Below are positions 11,621 through 20,912 of a DNA stretch of 64,000 bases, piece after piece (position 1 is the first letter of the stretch; each line of letters opens with the position of its first letter). A program made the position numbers and the translations under genes. Under the pieces are notes generated by a model. It was not told where the DNA came from. It saw only the letters and a program-made list of their open reading frames with translations, and did not search any database. Origin of the DNA: Sedimentisphaerales bacterium (GTDB lineage Bacteria; Planctomycetota; Phycisphaerae; Sedimentisphaerales; Anaerobacaceae); NCBI GenBank assembly GCA_963708075.1, contig OY970194.1, positions 5,568,001 through 5,632,000 on the forward strand. Direction: 5' to 3'.

Positions 11621-14152
11621 CTACTCACATCGCAAAGCCACCATGGGATCGATCCGCGCGGCCCGTCGGGCGGGGACATAGCCGGCCAGGAGCGAGGCGG
11701 CGCCGAGCAGGGCCACGGTCACGATGATACTGACCGGATCGACGGGACGGACGCCGTAGAGCAAGCTGCCGATCAGACGCCCTGCGGCAAGGGATAGAAG
11801 AAGTCCGACGATCAATCCCGCCGCCGTCAATACCATTCCCTCCCGCAAGACCATGGCCATGACGCTCCCGTGCGTTGCCCCGAGGGCTTTGCGGATGCCG
11901 ATCTCCGGGGTCCGGGAAGCGACCATGTAGCCCTTGACCGCGTAGATACCCAGAGACGCCAGGAACAGGGCCATGGCCCCGAAGGCAATGGCCAGCCGGG
12001 CGCCCAGCCTGGCGCCCCACACGGCGGGGCTATTATGGCGGCTCTCCGCCAGCGTGGCGACCGACAGGATCGGCAACTGTGGATCCACCTTGCGAATCTC
12101 CGCGACGATCCTTCTCAGCAGGGCCGTCTCAGACTCACCGTCCGCGACGCGCACGTGGATGTACGCCGGCAACTGGTCAGGCCCGATGGGTACATAGACT
12201 TGCGGGAAGTCATCCTGGTCCTGCGTGCCGGTTCGCGCATTGGGTACGATCCCGACCACACGGCAGGGCGATGACATGAATGAAAGTGCGGGCGAGCCGT
12301 ACTGGATGAGACAGCCGAGGGCGATGCCGTCCGGCCGGAGTTTACGCGCCAGACCCTCATTGATGATCACGACTTTTTCTGAGTTCGGGGCACTGTCGAG
12401 ACGCTCGAAGGACCGGCCCTGTAGCAGAGGGATTCCCATGGACTCGAAGAAATTCACGCCGACGCCATGCGAGACATACCCCAGCCTTGGACGCAACCCG
12501 GAGGGCCTATCGCCTTCATTTTCCTCAGCCCCAGGGACGTATTCCGTGGCGGACTCGCCGTAGTCACCGCCCTCGCCGAAGGGGAATGAGGTGGACAAAG
12601 CCGCCGCCTGGACGCCTGGCATGGACCTCAGGTGATCGGTCAGAGCCTCATAGACTTGAATGCCGCGGGCACGATTGTAGCCTGCCGCAATAGGATCGAT
12701 CTGAATGAGCAGTTTGCCATCCAGGCTGAAACCGGGATTGACCCGTGCCGCGTGCAGGGCACTGCGGGTGAACAGCGCTGCCCCCATGACGAGCACGACA
12801 GACAGCGCAATCTGTCCGACCACGGAAAGCCCGCGCGGAAAGAACCGCCGCCTCCTGCGGATCGAGCGAGGTGCCTCGCCGCCGGATTCCTTGATGTTGG
12901 TGATGATGTCCCGGCTCGACAGACGCAGGGCCGGCTTGAGACCGAACAGCACGGTGGCGATCCCGCAGAAGCCCAGCGTTGCCCCCAGGACTCGGATATC
13001 CAGGCCCATTCGGAACGAGCCGGTCAGGTCGATGCCCAGGTGGGGCACGTCCACCCATGCATTCAGGATTCGATTACCACAGAAAGCAAAGATCAGTCCG
13101 AAGACTCCGCCGAGCATGGCCAGCAGCATAGACTCGAAGAGCAACTGCCGGATGATGCGCAGGCGGCCGCCGCCGATGGCCATGCGAATGGCGATCTCCC
13201 GGTGCCTTGCGGTCCCTTGCACGACGATCATATTCGCCAGGTTCAGGCAGGCGATGAGCAGGACGACGGCGGATACCCCCATCAGGAACAGGCTGACGCC
13301 GGACAACACCGGTGTCTCGTCTTGTTGATAATCGGTGGTGAGCCTTGGCAGTCGGTACAGATAAGCCGTCGTCTTTTCCCGCCACTGTCTCGGGTAGTTC
13401 TCCTTCAGACGCGGGACAAGCGATTGCAGTTGTGCCTGCGCCGCGGCCATGTCCAAGCCGGGTTTGAGCCGCCCGACCAGCGAGAGCATGGGATAGTTCC
13501 AGTGTTCCGCCTCCATCGAGGCCGGCTTCTCTTTGCCCTCGTGGCCGGCGATGCCGTGACAGCCCAGGGGCAGCCAAAGGTCCGGCCCGATGATCGCGGT
13601 GCCGGTGAATCTCTCCATCGCGACGCCGATGATCCTGAAGAACGTGCCACTGATGGCCACCTGTCTGCCCACGATATTCGGATCGGCCCCTTGTCTTTCC
13701 CAGGTGCGGTAGCTGAGCACGGCCACCGGCTCGGCGCCGTACCGTTCCTCGTCGGGCTCAAAGCCCCGCCCGCGTGCCGGGGCGACGCCCAGTGTGGAGA
13801 AGTAGTTGGCCGAGACGAACATCGCACTCACCTGTCTTGTGACGTTCCCCTGCACCAGGGTGGCAGTGCTGAAATCGCCGCCGTGAGCCGCCAAATCGCT
13901 GAACGCGGGGTTGTTGTCCCGCACGTCGACGTAAGCGGCGTAGGAGCACCACCCGTCCCGGATGCCCCAGCCCGCCAGTCGGTCCGGCTCCTTCACCTGC
14001 ACCGGCCGAAAGACCAGCACGTTGACCACGCTGAACATGATCGTGTTGGCCCCGATGCCGATGGCCAGCGTGACCAGGGCGATGGCCGTAAAGCCGGGAT
14101 TCTTCGCCAGCATCCGAAACCCATAACGCACGTCTTGCCATAGGGTTGTCAT
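11621..14152 (-). CDS. ABC permease, duplicated MacB/FtsX (ADOP-like)
   Basis: 843 aa; MTTLWQDVRYGFRML, LLIACLNLAN, EIGIRKALGA, PARRAARIDPMVALRCE. Confidence 0.92.
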   Translation of the reverse strand: MTTLWQDVRYGFRMLAKNPGFTAIALVTLAIGIGANTIMFSVVNVLVFRPVQVKEPDRLAGWGIRDGWCSYAAYVDVRDNNPAFSDLAAHGGDFSTATLVQGNVTRQVSAMFVSANYFSTLGVAPARGRGFEPDEERYGAEPVAVLSYRTWERQGADPNIVGRQVAISGTFFRIIGVAMERFTGTAIIGPDLWLPLGCHGIAGHEGKEKPASMEAEHWNYPMLSLVGRLKPGLDMAAAQAQLQSLVPRLKENYPRQWREKTTAYLYRLPRLTTDYQQDETPVLSGVSLFLMGVSAVVLLIACLNLANMIVVQGTARHREIAIRMAIGGGRLRIIRQLLFESMLLAMLGGVFGLIFAFCGNRILNAWVDVPHLGIDLTGSFRMGLDIRVLGATLGFCGIATVLFGLKPALRLSSRDIITNIKESGGEAPRSIRRRRRFFPRGLSVVGQIALSVVLVMGAALFTRSALHAARVNPGFSLDGKLLIQIDPIAAGYNRARGIQVYEALTDHLRSMPGVQAAALSTSFPFGEGGDYGESATEYVPGAEENEGDRPSGLRPRLGYVSHGVGVNFFESMGIPLLQGRSFERLDSAPNSEKVVIINEGLARKLRPDGIALGCLIQYGSPALSFMSSPCRVVGIVPNARTGTQDQDDFPQVYVPIGPDQLPAYIHVRVADGESETALLRRIVAEIRKVDPQLPILSVATLAESRHNSPAVWGARLGARLAIAFGAMALFLASLGIYAVKGYMVASRTPEIGIRKALGATHGSVMAMVLREGMVLTAAGLIVGLLLSLAAGRLIGSLLYGVRPVDPVSIIVTVALLGAASLLAGYVPARRAARIDPMVALRCE

Positions 14153-14169
14153 TGCATGACTCCGGTCTT

Positions 14170-14253
14170 CAGTTCCCAGTTGTCGGTTCCCAGTCGTCAG
14201 TTACGGGTCCCCCCGCCGTCCTGCTGACAACCGACAACTGTCAACTGACAACT
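14170..14253. repeat. Inverted heptamer-repeat hairpin (CAGTTNN)n...(NNAACTG)n
   Basis: Left arm CAGTTCC CAGTTGT CGGTTCC CAGTCGT CAGTTAC; right arm ACAACCG ACAACTG TCAACTG ACAACT. Confidence 0.9.
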
Positions 14254-14918
14254 CATTCCTTCTCCATCCAGCCGTCTTTGAGCCGGATGATTCGTTTGCT
14301 GTAGGCGGCGTACTTGTCGTTGTGCGTGACCTGGATGATGGTCGTGCCCTCGCGATTGAGCTTCTTGAACAGGTCCATGATGGCCTCGCCCTGGGTCGAA
14401 TGGAGGTTGCCGGTGGGCTCATCCGCCAAGAGGAGTTTCGGGCTGGCGATCACGGCCCGCGCGACGCCGACGAGCTGCTGCTGGCCGCCGGAGAGCTGGC
14501 TGGGATACAGGTCCTTCTTGCCGACGATGCCGAAGCGGTCGAGCGAGTCGCAGACGATCGAGGCCCGCTCGGAGGCCTTGATGTTCCGGTAGGACAGCGG
14601 TACATCCAGGTTCTCGTACACTGTCAGGGTATCGAGCAGATTGAAGTTCTGAAACACAAAGCCGATGTACTGCTTGTTCAGGGCCAGTCGGTCCTTGGGC
14701 TTGAGCGTGTGGACGGCGTGCTCGAAGAGATAGTACTCGCCTCCCCAGTCGCCGTCCAGCATGCCGAGGATGTTCAGCAGCGTGGTCTTGCCCGCCGCCG
14801 AGGGCCCCATGAAGGTGACGAAGTCGCCCTCCGGGATCTCCAGGTTGATCTGCCGCAGGACGTAGTTCTTGCCCGCCCGCGTTTCGTAGCATTTCTCGAT
14901 GTTGCGCAGTTGAATCAT
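14253..14918 (-). CDS. ABC transporter ATP-binding protein (MacB/LolD-type)
   Basis: Walker [10 protein letters not shown], signature LSGGQQQ, Walker [15 protein letters not shown] switch. Confidence 0.95.
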   Translation of the reverse strand: MIQLRNIEKCYETRAGKNYVLRQINLEIPEGDFVTFMGPSAAGKTTLLNILGMLDGDWGGEYYLFEHAVHTLKPKDRLALNKQYIGFVFQNFNLLDTLTVYENLDVPLSYRNIKASERASIVCDSLDRFGIVGKKDLYPSQLSGGQQQLVGVARAVIASPKLLLADEPTGNLHSTQGEAIMDLFKKLNREGTTIIQVTHNDKYAAYSKRIIRLKDGWMEKE

Positions 14919-14922
14919 AGCA

Positions 14923-15190
14923 TAGTTCTCAGTTCACAGTTGTCAGTTCTCAGTTCCCGTTGGAATGATGGAACAATGGAATACTGGATTGGTGGAAAGA
15001 GGGGCGAGGCCGTTTGTAGTGTGCCCGCAAGGGCATCAACTCGTGTCGCGGGCGTCCCGCCCACGATTTGAGGACGGGACGTCCTCGATACGAAAAGAAG
15101 AAAACGCCTTGCGGCGTCACTACGAACGCGTCTGGCGCATTACCTACGCCACCCATTATCCCAGCGTTCCAGCATTCCATTATTCCAATC
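14923..15190. repeat. Lone heptamer arm plus an octamer-repeat hairpin enclosing two short palindromes
   Basis: (AGTTNNC)n at 14923-14960; (TGGAANNN)n at 14961-14997 inverted against (NNNTTCCA)n at 15152-15188; internal palindromes near 15044-15090 and 15104-15118. Confidence 0.8.
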
Positions 15191-17587
15191 CTATTCATAC
15201 CTCAACGCTTCCATCGGATCGATCTGCGCCGCACGCCGGGCGGGTATCCAAGCGGCCAGAACAGCAACGGCAATTACGAGTAAAGAAGTTCCCACCAACA
15301 CAATCGGATCTGCCGGATCCAATCCGAACAGCTCGCTCCTCAAAATATATCCCACACCCAAGACGACAGGCAATCCTATACACACACCAATCACGGCCAG
15401 AGTCAGACCTTGACGTAAGACAGTGATCAATATATCCCTAAAGCTTGCACCCACGGCCATACGTATGCCAATCTCATGCGTACGTCGGGCCACGGAATAA
15501 GAGACCAGACTGTACAACCCGGCTATCGCCATTATAAACGCCGAAAATCCGAGTACTCCTAACAACCAGGAAGCAATCCATTGCGGGAGCAATACAAAAT
15601 GAACCTGCTGCTTTAGGGTAGTGACAACCAGAGGGAGAACGTCCCGGTTGACCGTCTGCATGACGCGACGAATCGGTTCGGCTGCCAGTTCCGCCTTACC
15701 CTGCGTTTCGACCAGGAGTGTCATTTCACTACGGGATTCTTGTCCAAAGGGTAAATACAGATAGGGTTCGGGCGGTGTGGTTAAATCCGCAATCCTGATG
15801 TCCCGAACAATACCCACGATCTGATACGCTCTGCCCTGCGCACCGCCAATGAACAACGACTCGCCGATAGGGTCTTTATCCGCCCAGAAGCGTCGAGCGG
15901 CCGTTTCACTGATCATTGCGACCTTAGCATCGGAAGTACAATCCCTTTCATTGAACACACGCCCTTGCCGGACAGGAATACCCATGGTCTTGAAGTAATC
16001 CGGGTGAATTACATTATAACGCCACTCGCTTCCCTGCTGAGAAACATCCGTACTATCACCCGGTACATATACCTGCTTGCTGGCACCACCGCCCGATAAA
16101 CTGAAGGGGACGAAACTCGCCAGACTTACCTGTTTCACGGTCGGCACAGCCTCGACGTGCTCGATCAATTGTGTGTAATAGGCCTGCGCCTGATTCCGAT
16201 TCAAACCGAAGGCGCCCGGGCTAAGCTGGATCAACAGCATCTCTTTATTCTGAAAACCAAAATCCATGGAAAGCCCCTTCCCGAATCCTCTTATGAAAAG
16301 GCCGGTCGTTGCCAAGAATATGAGTGATACGGCTAACTGACCAATGACCAGTGTGTTTCGTCCGAAGTATCGCCGCTTTCCATGCGAGGAACTCACATGC
16401 TCTTTGATATGCACTGCCGGATCGATTCTGGTGACACGTACGGCAGGGATGAAGCCAAAAAATAAGGTGGCTAAACCCATTAGCATGAATATCATCGTCA
16501 GGACCTGACGATCCAGACGCAGTTCCGGTAATTTGAGGCCTGCAATATCAGGCAACAGAGCGGGCAATAGGGAAGCGGCCCACCGTGCCAAGAGCACCGC
16601 GAGCACTGTACCAAGAAATGACAATAATAAACTCTCGGTCAATAATTGACGCAACAGTCGCAGGCGACTGCTTCCAAGCGCCCGTCGGATGGCGATCTCG
16701 TGTTGACGACTTTCATTCCGGGCCAACAACAACGCGGAGACATTGGCGCAAGCTACCAGCAGGACCAGTACCACCACCGACATAACCATAGAAACCAGGA
16801 TGCCGTACCGCTTCCAGAGATCACGCTCCGCTTCGACCCTAGCCTTCAGAGATCGCCCGGTTCTGGGGATCGTGAGATTTATCCCCAAACGATTCACAAT
16901 CGTATCCACCTCGGCCAGCGCTTCTTCAACGCCTACCCCGGGAGCCAAGCGTCCTATTAGAGAAAAACTGGAATTCACTCCCACATCGCCCAACATTTCG
17001 GCTGGAAACCAAATATCAACAGAACGTTCACGGTATACACCTGAAAAATTCTTGGGAGTCACGCCTAAAATCGTATAACTGCTGGCGGTTAGCCAGATCG
17101 TCTTACCACAAATCTGCGGATCACGTTCATAACAGCGTTGCCACAGACTGTAGCTGATAACCACGGTCGGCTCATCAACAGAGGGTTGTGACTCCGGAGA
17201 AAAAAACCGGCCCACATGAGGCTTAATACCTAAAACCTGGAAATAATTTGAGGATACTACGCTACTACTCAAAAGCTCCGTACGTCCTTCTCGGTTCAGC
17301 ATAGCGCCTCCCCCGTTACGAGATACGGCAATTACCCCTGAAAGTGTACGGCTCTGCTCTTTCAATTCTAAATAGTGAGGGTATGAAAACAACGGCCAGA
17401 AGATGCGCACAATTTCATGATCGTTAGAAAACGAGAGAGGACGAAGAAATACCGCATTCAGAGCTGTGAACACGGTAGCATTCAGCCCAATACCAATGGC
17501 CAGCGACACAACCGCCACCGCCGTGAAACCTGGACTCTTTCGCATCTGACGAAACCCATAACGAATATCATGCCACAATGTCGTCAT
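15191..17587 (-). CDS. ABC permease, duplicated MacB/FtsX (ADOP-like), visibly lower GC
   Basis: 798 aa; MTTLWHDIRYGFRQM...PARRAAQIDPMEALRYE. AT-richer sequence with few shadow ORFs. Confidence 0.92.
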   Translation of the reverse strand: MTTLWHDIRYGFRQMRKSPGFTAVAVVSLAIGIGLNATVFTALNAVFLRPLSFSNDHEIVRIFWPLFSYPHYLELKEQSRTLSGVIAVSRNGGGAMLNREGRTELLSSSVVSSNYFQVLGIKPHVGRFFSPESQPSVDEPTVVISYSLWQRCYERDPQICGKTIWLTASSYTILGVTPKNFSGVYRERSVDIWFPAEMLGDVGVNSSFSLIGRLAPGVGVEEALAEVDTIVNRLGINLTIPRTGRSLKARVEAERDLWKRYGILVSMVMSVVVLVLLVACANVSALLLARNESRQHEIAIRRALGSSRLRLLRQLLTESLLLSFLGTVLAVLLARWAASLLPALLPDIAGLKLPELRLDRQVLTMIFMLMGLATLFFGFIPAVRVTRIDPAVHIKEHVSSSHGKRRYFGRNTLVIGQLAVSLIFLATTGLFIRGFGKGLSMDFGFQNKEMLLIQLSPGAFGLNRNQAQAYYTQLIEHVEAVPTVKQVSLASFVPFSLSGGGASKQVYVPGDSTDVSQQGSEWRYNVIHPDYFKTMGIPVRQGRVFNERDCTSDAKVAMISETAARRFWADKDPIGESLFIGGAQGRAYQIVGIVRDIRIADLTTPPEPYLYLPFGQESRSEMTLLVETQGKAELAAEPIRRVMQTVNRDVLPLVVTTLKQQVHFVLLPQWIASWLLGVLGFSAFIMAIAGLYSLVSYSVARRTHEIGIRMAVGASFRDILITVLRQGLTLAVIGVCIGLPVVLGVGYILRSELFGLDPADPIVLVGTSLLVIAVAVLAAWIPARRAAQIDPMEALRYE

Positions 17588-17597
17588 TGTACAACTC

Positions 17598-17680
17598 CAG
17601 TTCTCAGTTCTCGGTTGTCAGTTCCCAGTCGTCAGTTACGGGTCCCCCGCCGCCTTGCTGACAACCGACGACTGGCAACT
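17598..17680. repeat. Inverted heptamer-repeat hairpin
   Basis: Six CAGTTNN-type units, a loop GGGTCCCCCGCCG shared with the 14170 copy, then a NNAACTG arm. Confidence 0.9.
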
Positions 17681-18345
17681 CACTCCTTCACCATCCAGCC
17701 GTCCTTGAGGCGGACGATCCGCTTGCTGTAGGCGGCGTACTTGTCGTTGTGGGTGACCTGGATGATCGTCGTGCCCTCGGCGTTGAGCTTCTTGAACAGG
17801 TCCATGATCGCCTCGCCCTGGCTGGAGTGCAGATTGCCGGTCGGCTCATCCGCTAAGAGGAGCTTCGGATTGGCGATCACCGCCCGCGCGACGCCCACCA
17901 ACTGCTGTTGCCCGCCCGAGAGCTGGCTGGGGAACAGGTCCTTTTTGCCCACGATGCCGAAACGGTCGAGCGTGTCGCAGACGATCGAGGCCCGCTCGGA
18001 GGCTTTGATATTCCGATAGGACAGAGGGATATCCAGGTTCTCGTACACCGTCAGGGTATCGAGCAGATTGAAGTTCTGAAACACAAAGCCGATGTACTGC
18101 TTGTTCAGGGCCAGCCGCTCTTTTGGCTTGAGACTGTGGACGGCGTGGTCGAAGAGGTAGTACTCGCCCTCCCAGGCGCCGTCCAGCATCCCGAGGATGT
18201 TGAGCAGCGTCGTCTTGCCCGCCGCCGAGGGCCCCATGATCGTGAGAAAGTCGCCGTCTTCAATGTCCAGGTTGATCTGCCGCAGGACGTAATTCTTCCC
18301 CGCCCGCGTCTCGTAGCATTTCTCGATGTTCTTCAGTCGGATCAT
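17680..18345 (-). CDS. ABC transporter ATP-binding protein, paralog of 14253..14918
   Basis: Same motifs; 20 differences in 221 aa by hand count. Confidence 0.95.
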   Translation of the reverse strand: MIRLKNIEKCYETRAGKNYVLRQINLDIEDGDFLTIMGPSAAGKTTLLNILGMLDGAWEGEYYLFDHAVHSLKPKERLALNKQYIGFVFQNFNLLDTLTVYENLDIPLSYRNIKASERASIVCDTLDRFGIVGKKDLFPSQLSGGQQQLVGVARAVIANPKLLLADEPTGNLHSSQGEAIMDLFKKLNAEGTTIIQVTHNDKYAAYSKRIVRLKDGWMVKE

Positions 18346-18353
18346 AAAGTCTC

Positions 18354-18422
18354 CAGTTGTCGGTTCTCAGTTGTCGGTTATGGCCTCTCCTGCCGGCAAC
18401 TGACAACTGTGGACTGGCTACT
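18354..18422. repeat. Inverted heptamer-repeat hairpin
   Basis: CAGTTGT CGGTTCT CAGTTGT CGGTTA ... GCAACTG ACAACTG TGGACTG GCTACT. Confidence 0.88.
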
Positions 18423-18426
18423 CATC

Positions 18427-20904
18427 TTACTCATACCTCAACGCCGCCATCGGATCGATCTTCGCCGCTCTGCGGGCGGGAAGGTAGCAGGCCAGCAGGG
18501 TGACGGCGGTCAGCAGCAGCGAGACGATTCCGTAGGTTGCCGGGTCCCATGCTCGGACGCCGTAAAGGTAATAGTCATTGTATTGACGCAGCTCGGGAAG
18601 CAGCGTGAACAGAAACCAGGCGGGAACGGCGCTGACGGCAAGGCCCAGCGCCAGGCCGATAACGGTCAGGACCATCCCCTGAAGCAGAACCAGCTTCAGC
18701 ACATCACCACCTTGCGCGCCCAGGGCCACGCGGATTCCGATCTGCCGTGTCTGCCGGCTGACCTCATACGCCATCACGGCGGCGATTCCCGTCGCCGCGA
18801 GCAGCAGCCCCATGACACCCATAGCATTCAGGACCTGTCCGATCGTTCGCTGCGTCGAGAGCAGGTCCGAGATCCGCTCGGCGACGGTGCGAGTATCGTA
18901 GTCCGGCGGATTCAGGCCCAGGGGCGAGAGTGCCTGGCGTACGGCCGGGACCAGGACCTGCGGATCGCCGGCGGTCCGAATGAGCAGGACGGGTTTCGTT
19001 GCCGGCGATTGCGCGAGTGGCCGGTAAATGAATGGCCTGGAAGGTTCGCGGAGGGACCAGAGCCTGGTCGCCTTGACCACGCCAACCACCTCGCGCACGT
19101 CATCCAAGCCGCAGGTGATTCGCTTGCCGATGGGGTCCTGGCTCGGCCAGTACCGCTGCGCAAAAGCCTCGTCGACAATCACGACCGGGGTGGTGGCGGG
19201 ACCGTCCTCGATGGAGAAGTGGCGGCCTTTCAGCAGGGGGACGCCAAGCATCGGGAAGTATCCCGGACTGACCACGTCAAAGTCCACGGAAAGCACCTCG
19301 TGATCCAGTGGGAACTGGAAGCCGTCGATGTGTCTCATGCCGGTCTTCTGGTTGCCGGTCGCCGACAGCGGCGCCCCGGAGGCGAGACTGACTGCCTCCA
19401 CGCCCGGCCAGCCCGCAGCACGTGCCGCCAAGTCGTCAAGAAACGGGCGAACACCTGCGCCGAGCTTGTCAGTGTCTTTCGAACTCACCTCCACGGCAAG
19501 GATCTTCTCCGGATCGAAGCCGGCGCCGATGGTGTAGAACGCTTTAACACTGCGAATGCACAGCACGCCAAATACCAGCACGATCATGGAAATGGCCACC
19601 TGGCCAACCACCAGGAGGTTGCGGAGACTCCAGCGGCGCCTCAATATCTCGATGGCGCCGGGGCTATCCTTCAACATGGAGACGACGTTGGTCTGTGACG
19701 CCCGAAGGGCCGGGACCAGGCCGGAAGCCAGTGCCGCAGCCAGCGACACCAGAAGCGTGAATCCAAGAATACGTGCGTCGATACCTGCGGGCATGTCGAT
19801 CCCACCGGCCACTGTCACAACGCTTCGCAAGAGGTTGCTGAGCCAATGGGCCAGAAGGGCGCCACACGCTCCGCTGAACAGGGCCAACCACAGGTTCTCG
19901 CACAGGAGTTGGCGTATCACGTCACGTCGGGTTGCGCCGATGCCGAGCCGGATGGCGATCTCCTTGCGTCGGGTCGTCGCCCGCGCCAGTACCATGTTTG
20001 CCACGTTCGCACATGCGATCAGGAGGATCAGCACGCTGGGCACCTGGAAAATCGCCAAAGCCAGCCACAGCCCTTCATCGCGCCAGACGCTGTATCCCTG
20101 GCTTCCATCCGAGAGAATCGTGTCGGGATGAATGTTCAGCGGGTCAATTCTCAGGAATTGCTCCGTCAGCACCCGCAGATTGGCCTCGGCTTGTTCACGG
20201 CTCACGCCGGGCCGGAGCCGACCCAACAGCATCCACCACGTGCGGTTATGTTCATCGGGTGAAAAATCGTTCATGTAGGCCCACGCATGCAGCGGCATGT
20301 ACACGCCTGTGCCGAAGCCGGCGTACGTGCCGGTGAACTCGGGCGGGGTCACTCCCACGATCGTAACGGCGGAATCGTTCACCTGGACCATTTTGCCCAA
20401 GACGGCCGGGTCGCCCCCAAACTCCCGCTGCCAGAGTCTGTGGCTGATGACGGCGACCGGGGGAGCGGCCGGTGTGTCATCCTGCGGAATAAAGGTGCGA
20501 CCCAGGGCGGGCTTGATCCCCAGCACGGAGAAGTAGTTGCCCGATACTCCCTCCCCGGCCACACGGTGCATGGACTGTCCGAGGGTCAGGGCCACGGAAT
20601 CGCCTGCATAGGCAAGAAGCCCGGAGAAGACCTGGGATTCATCCCGGTAGTGAGCGTATAGCGGATAATGGAAATCGCCATAGGCTGTGACACTCCCGGT
20701 GTCCGTGGATCGGTATCCCACAGCGACCAGTTCGTGCGGCTTTGGCACCGGCAGCGGCCGAAACAGGGCATGGTCCAGGAAGCTGAACACCGCCGTATTC
20801 GTGCCCACGCCAAGGGCAAGCGTTAGTACCGCCAGAGCTGTAAAGCGTGGATTCTTCACGAGCGTTCGCAGACCAAATCGCAGATCTTGCAGCAGAATAC
20901 GCAT
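18427..20904 (-). CDS. ABC permease, duplicated MacB/FtsX (ADOP-like)
   Basis: 825 aa; LLIACANVANMVLARA, PARRAAKIDPMAALRYE. Confidence 0.92.
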   Translation of the reverse strand: MRILLQDLRFGLRTLVKNPRFTALAVLTLALGVGTNTAVFSFLDHALFRPLPVPKPHELVAVGYRSTDTGSVTAYGDFHYPLYAHYRDESQVFSGLLAYAGDSVALTLGQSMHRVAGEGVSGNYFSVLGIKPALGRTFIPQDDTPAAPPVAVISHRLWQREFGGDPAVLGKMVQVNDSAVTIVGVTPPEFTGTYAGFGTGVYMPLHAWAYMNDFSPDEHNRTWWMLLGRLRPGVSREQAEANLRVLTEQFLRIDPLNIHPDTILSDGSQGYSVWRDEGLWLALAIFQVPSVLILLIACANVANMVLARATTRRKEIAIRLGIGATRRDVIRQLLCENLWLALFSGACGALLAHWLSNLLRSVVTVAGGIDMPAGIDARILGFTLLVSLAAALASGLVPALRASQTNVVSMLKDSPGAIEILRRRWSLRNLLVVGQVAISMIVLVFGVLCIRSVKAFYTIGAGFDPEKILAVEVSSKDTDKLGAGVRPFLDDLAARAAGWPGVEAVSLASGAPLSATGNQKTGMRHIDGFQFPLDHEVLSVDFDVVSPGYFPMLGVPLLKGRHFSIEDGPATTPVVIVDEAFAQRYWPSQDPIGKRITCGLDDVREVVGVVKATRLWSLREPSRPFIYRPLAQSPATKPVLLIRTAGDPQVLVPAVRQALSPLGLNPPDYDTRTVAERISDLLSTQRTIGQVLNAMGVMGLLLAATGIAAVMAYEVSRQTRQIGIRVALGAQGGDVLKLVLLQGMVLTVIGLALGLAVSAVPAWFLFTLLPELRQYNDYYLYGVRAWDPATYGIVSLLLTAVTLLACYLPARRAAKIDPMAALRYE

Positions 20905-20912
20905 GATTCCTC

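Noticed and set aside
4962..19698. Long plus-strand ORFs (4962..6629, 7500..8756, 12632..14143, 17908..19698 and similar)
   Set aside because: Antisense shadows of well-supported minus-strand genes in GC-rich DNA, with no recognisable motifs.
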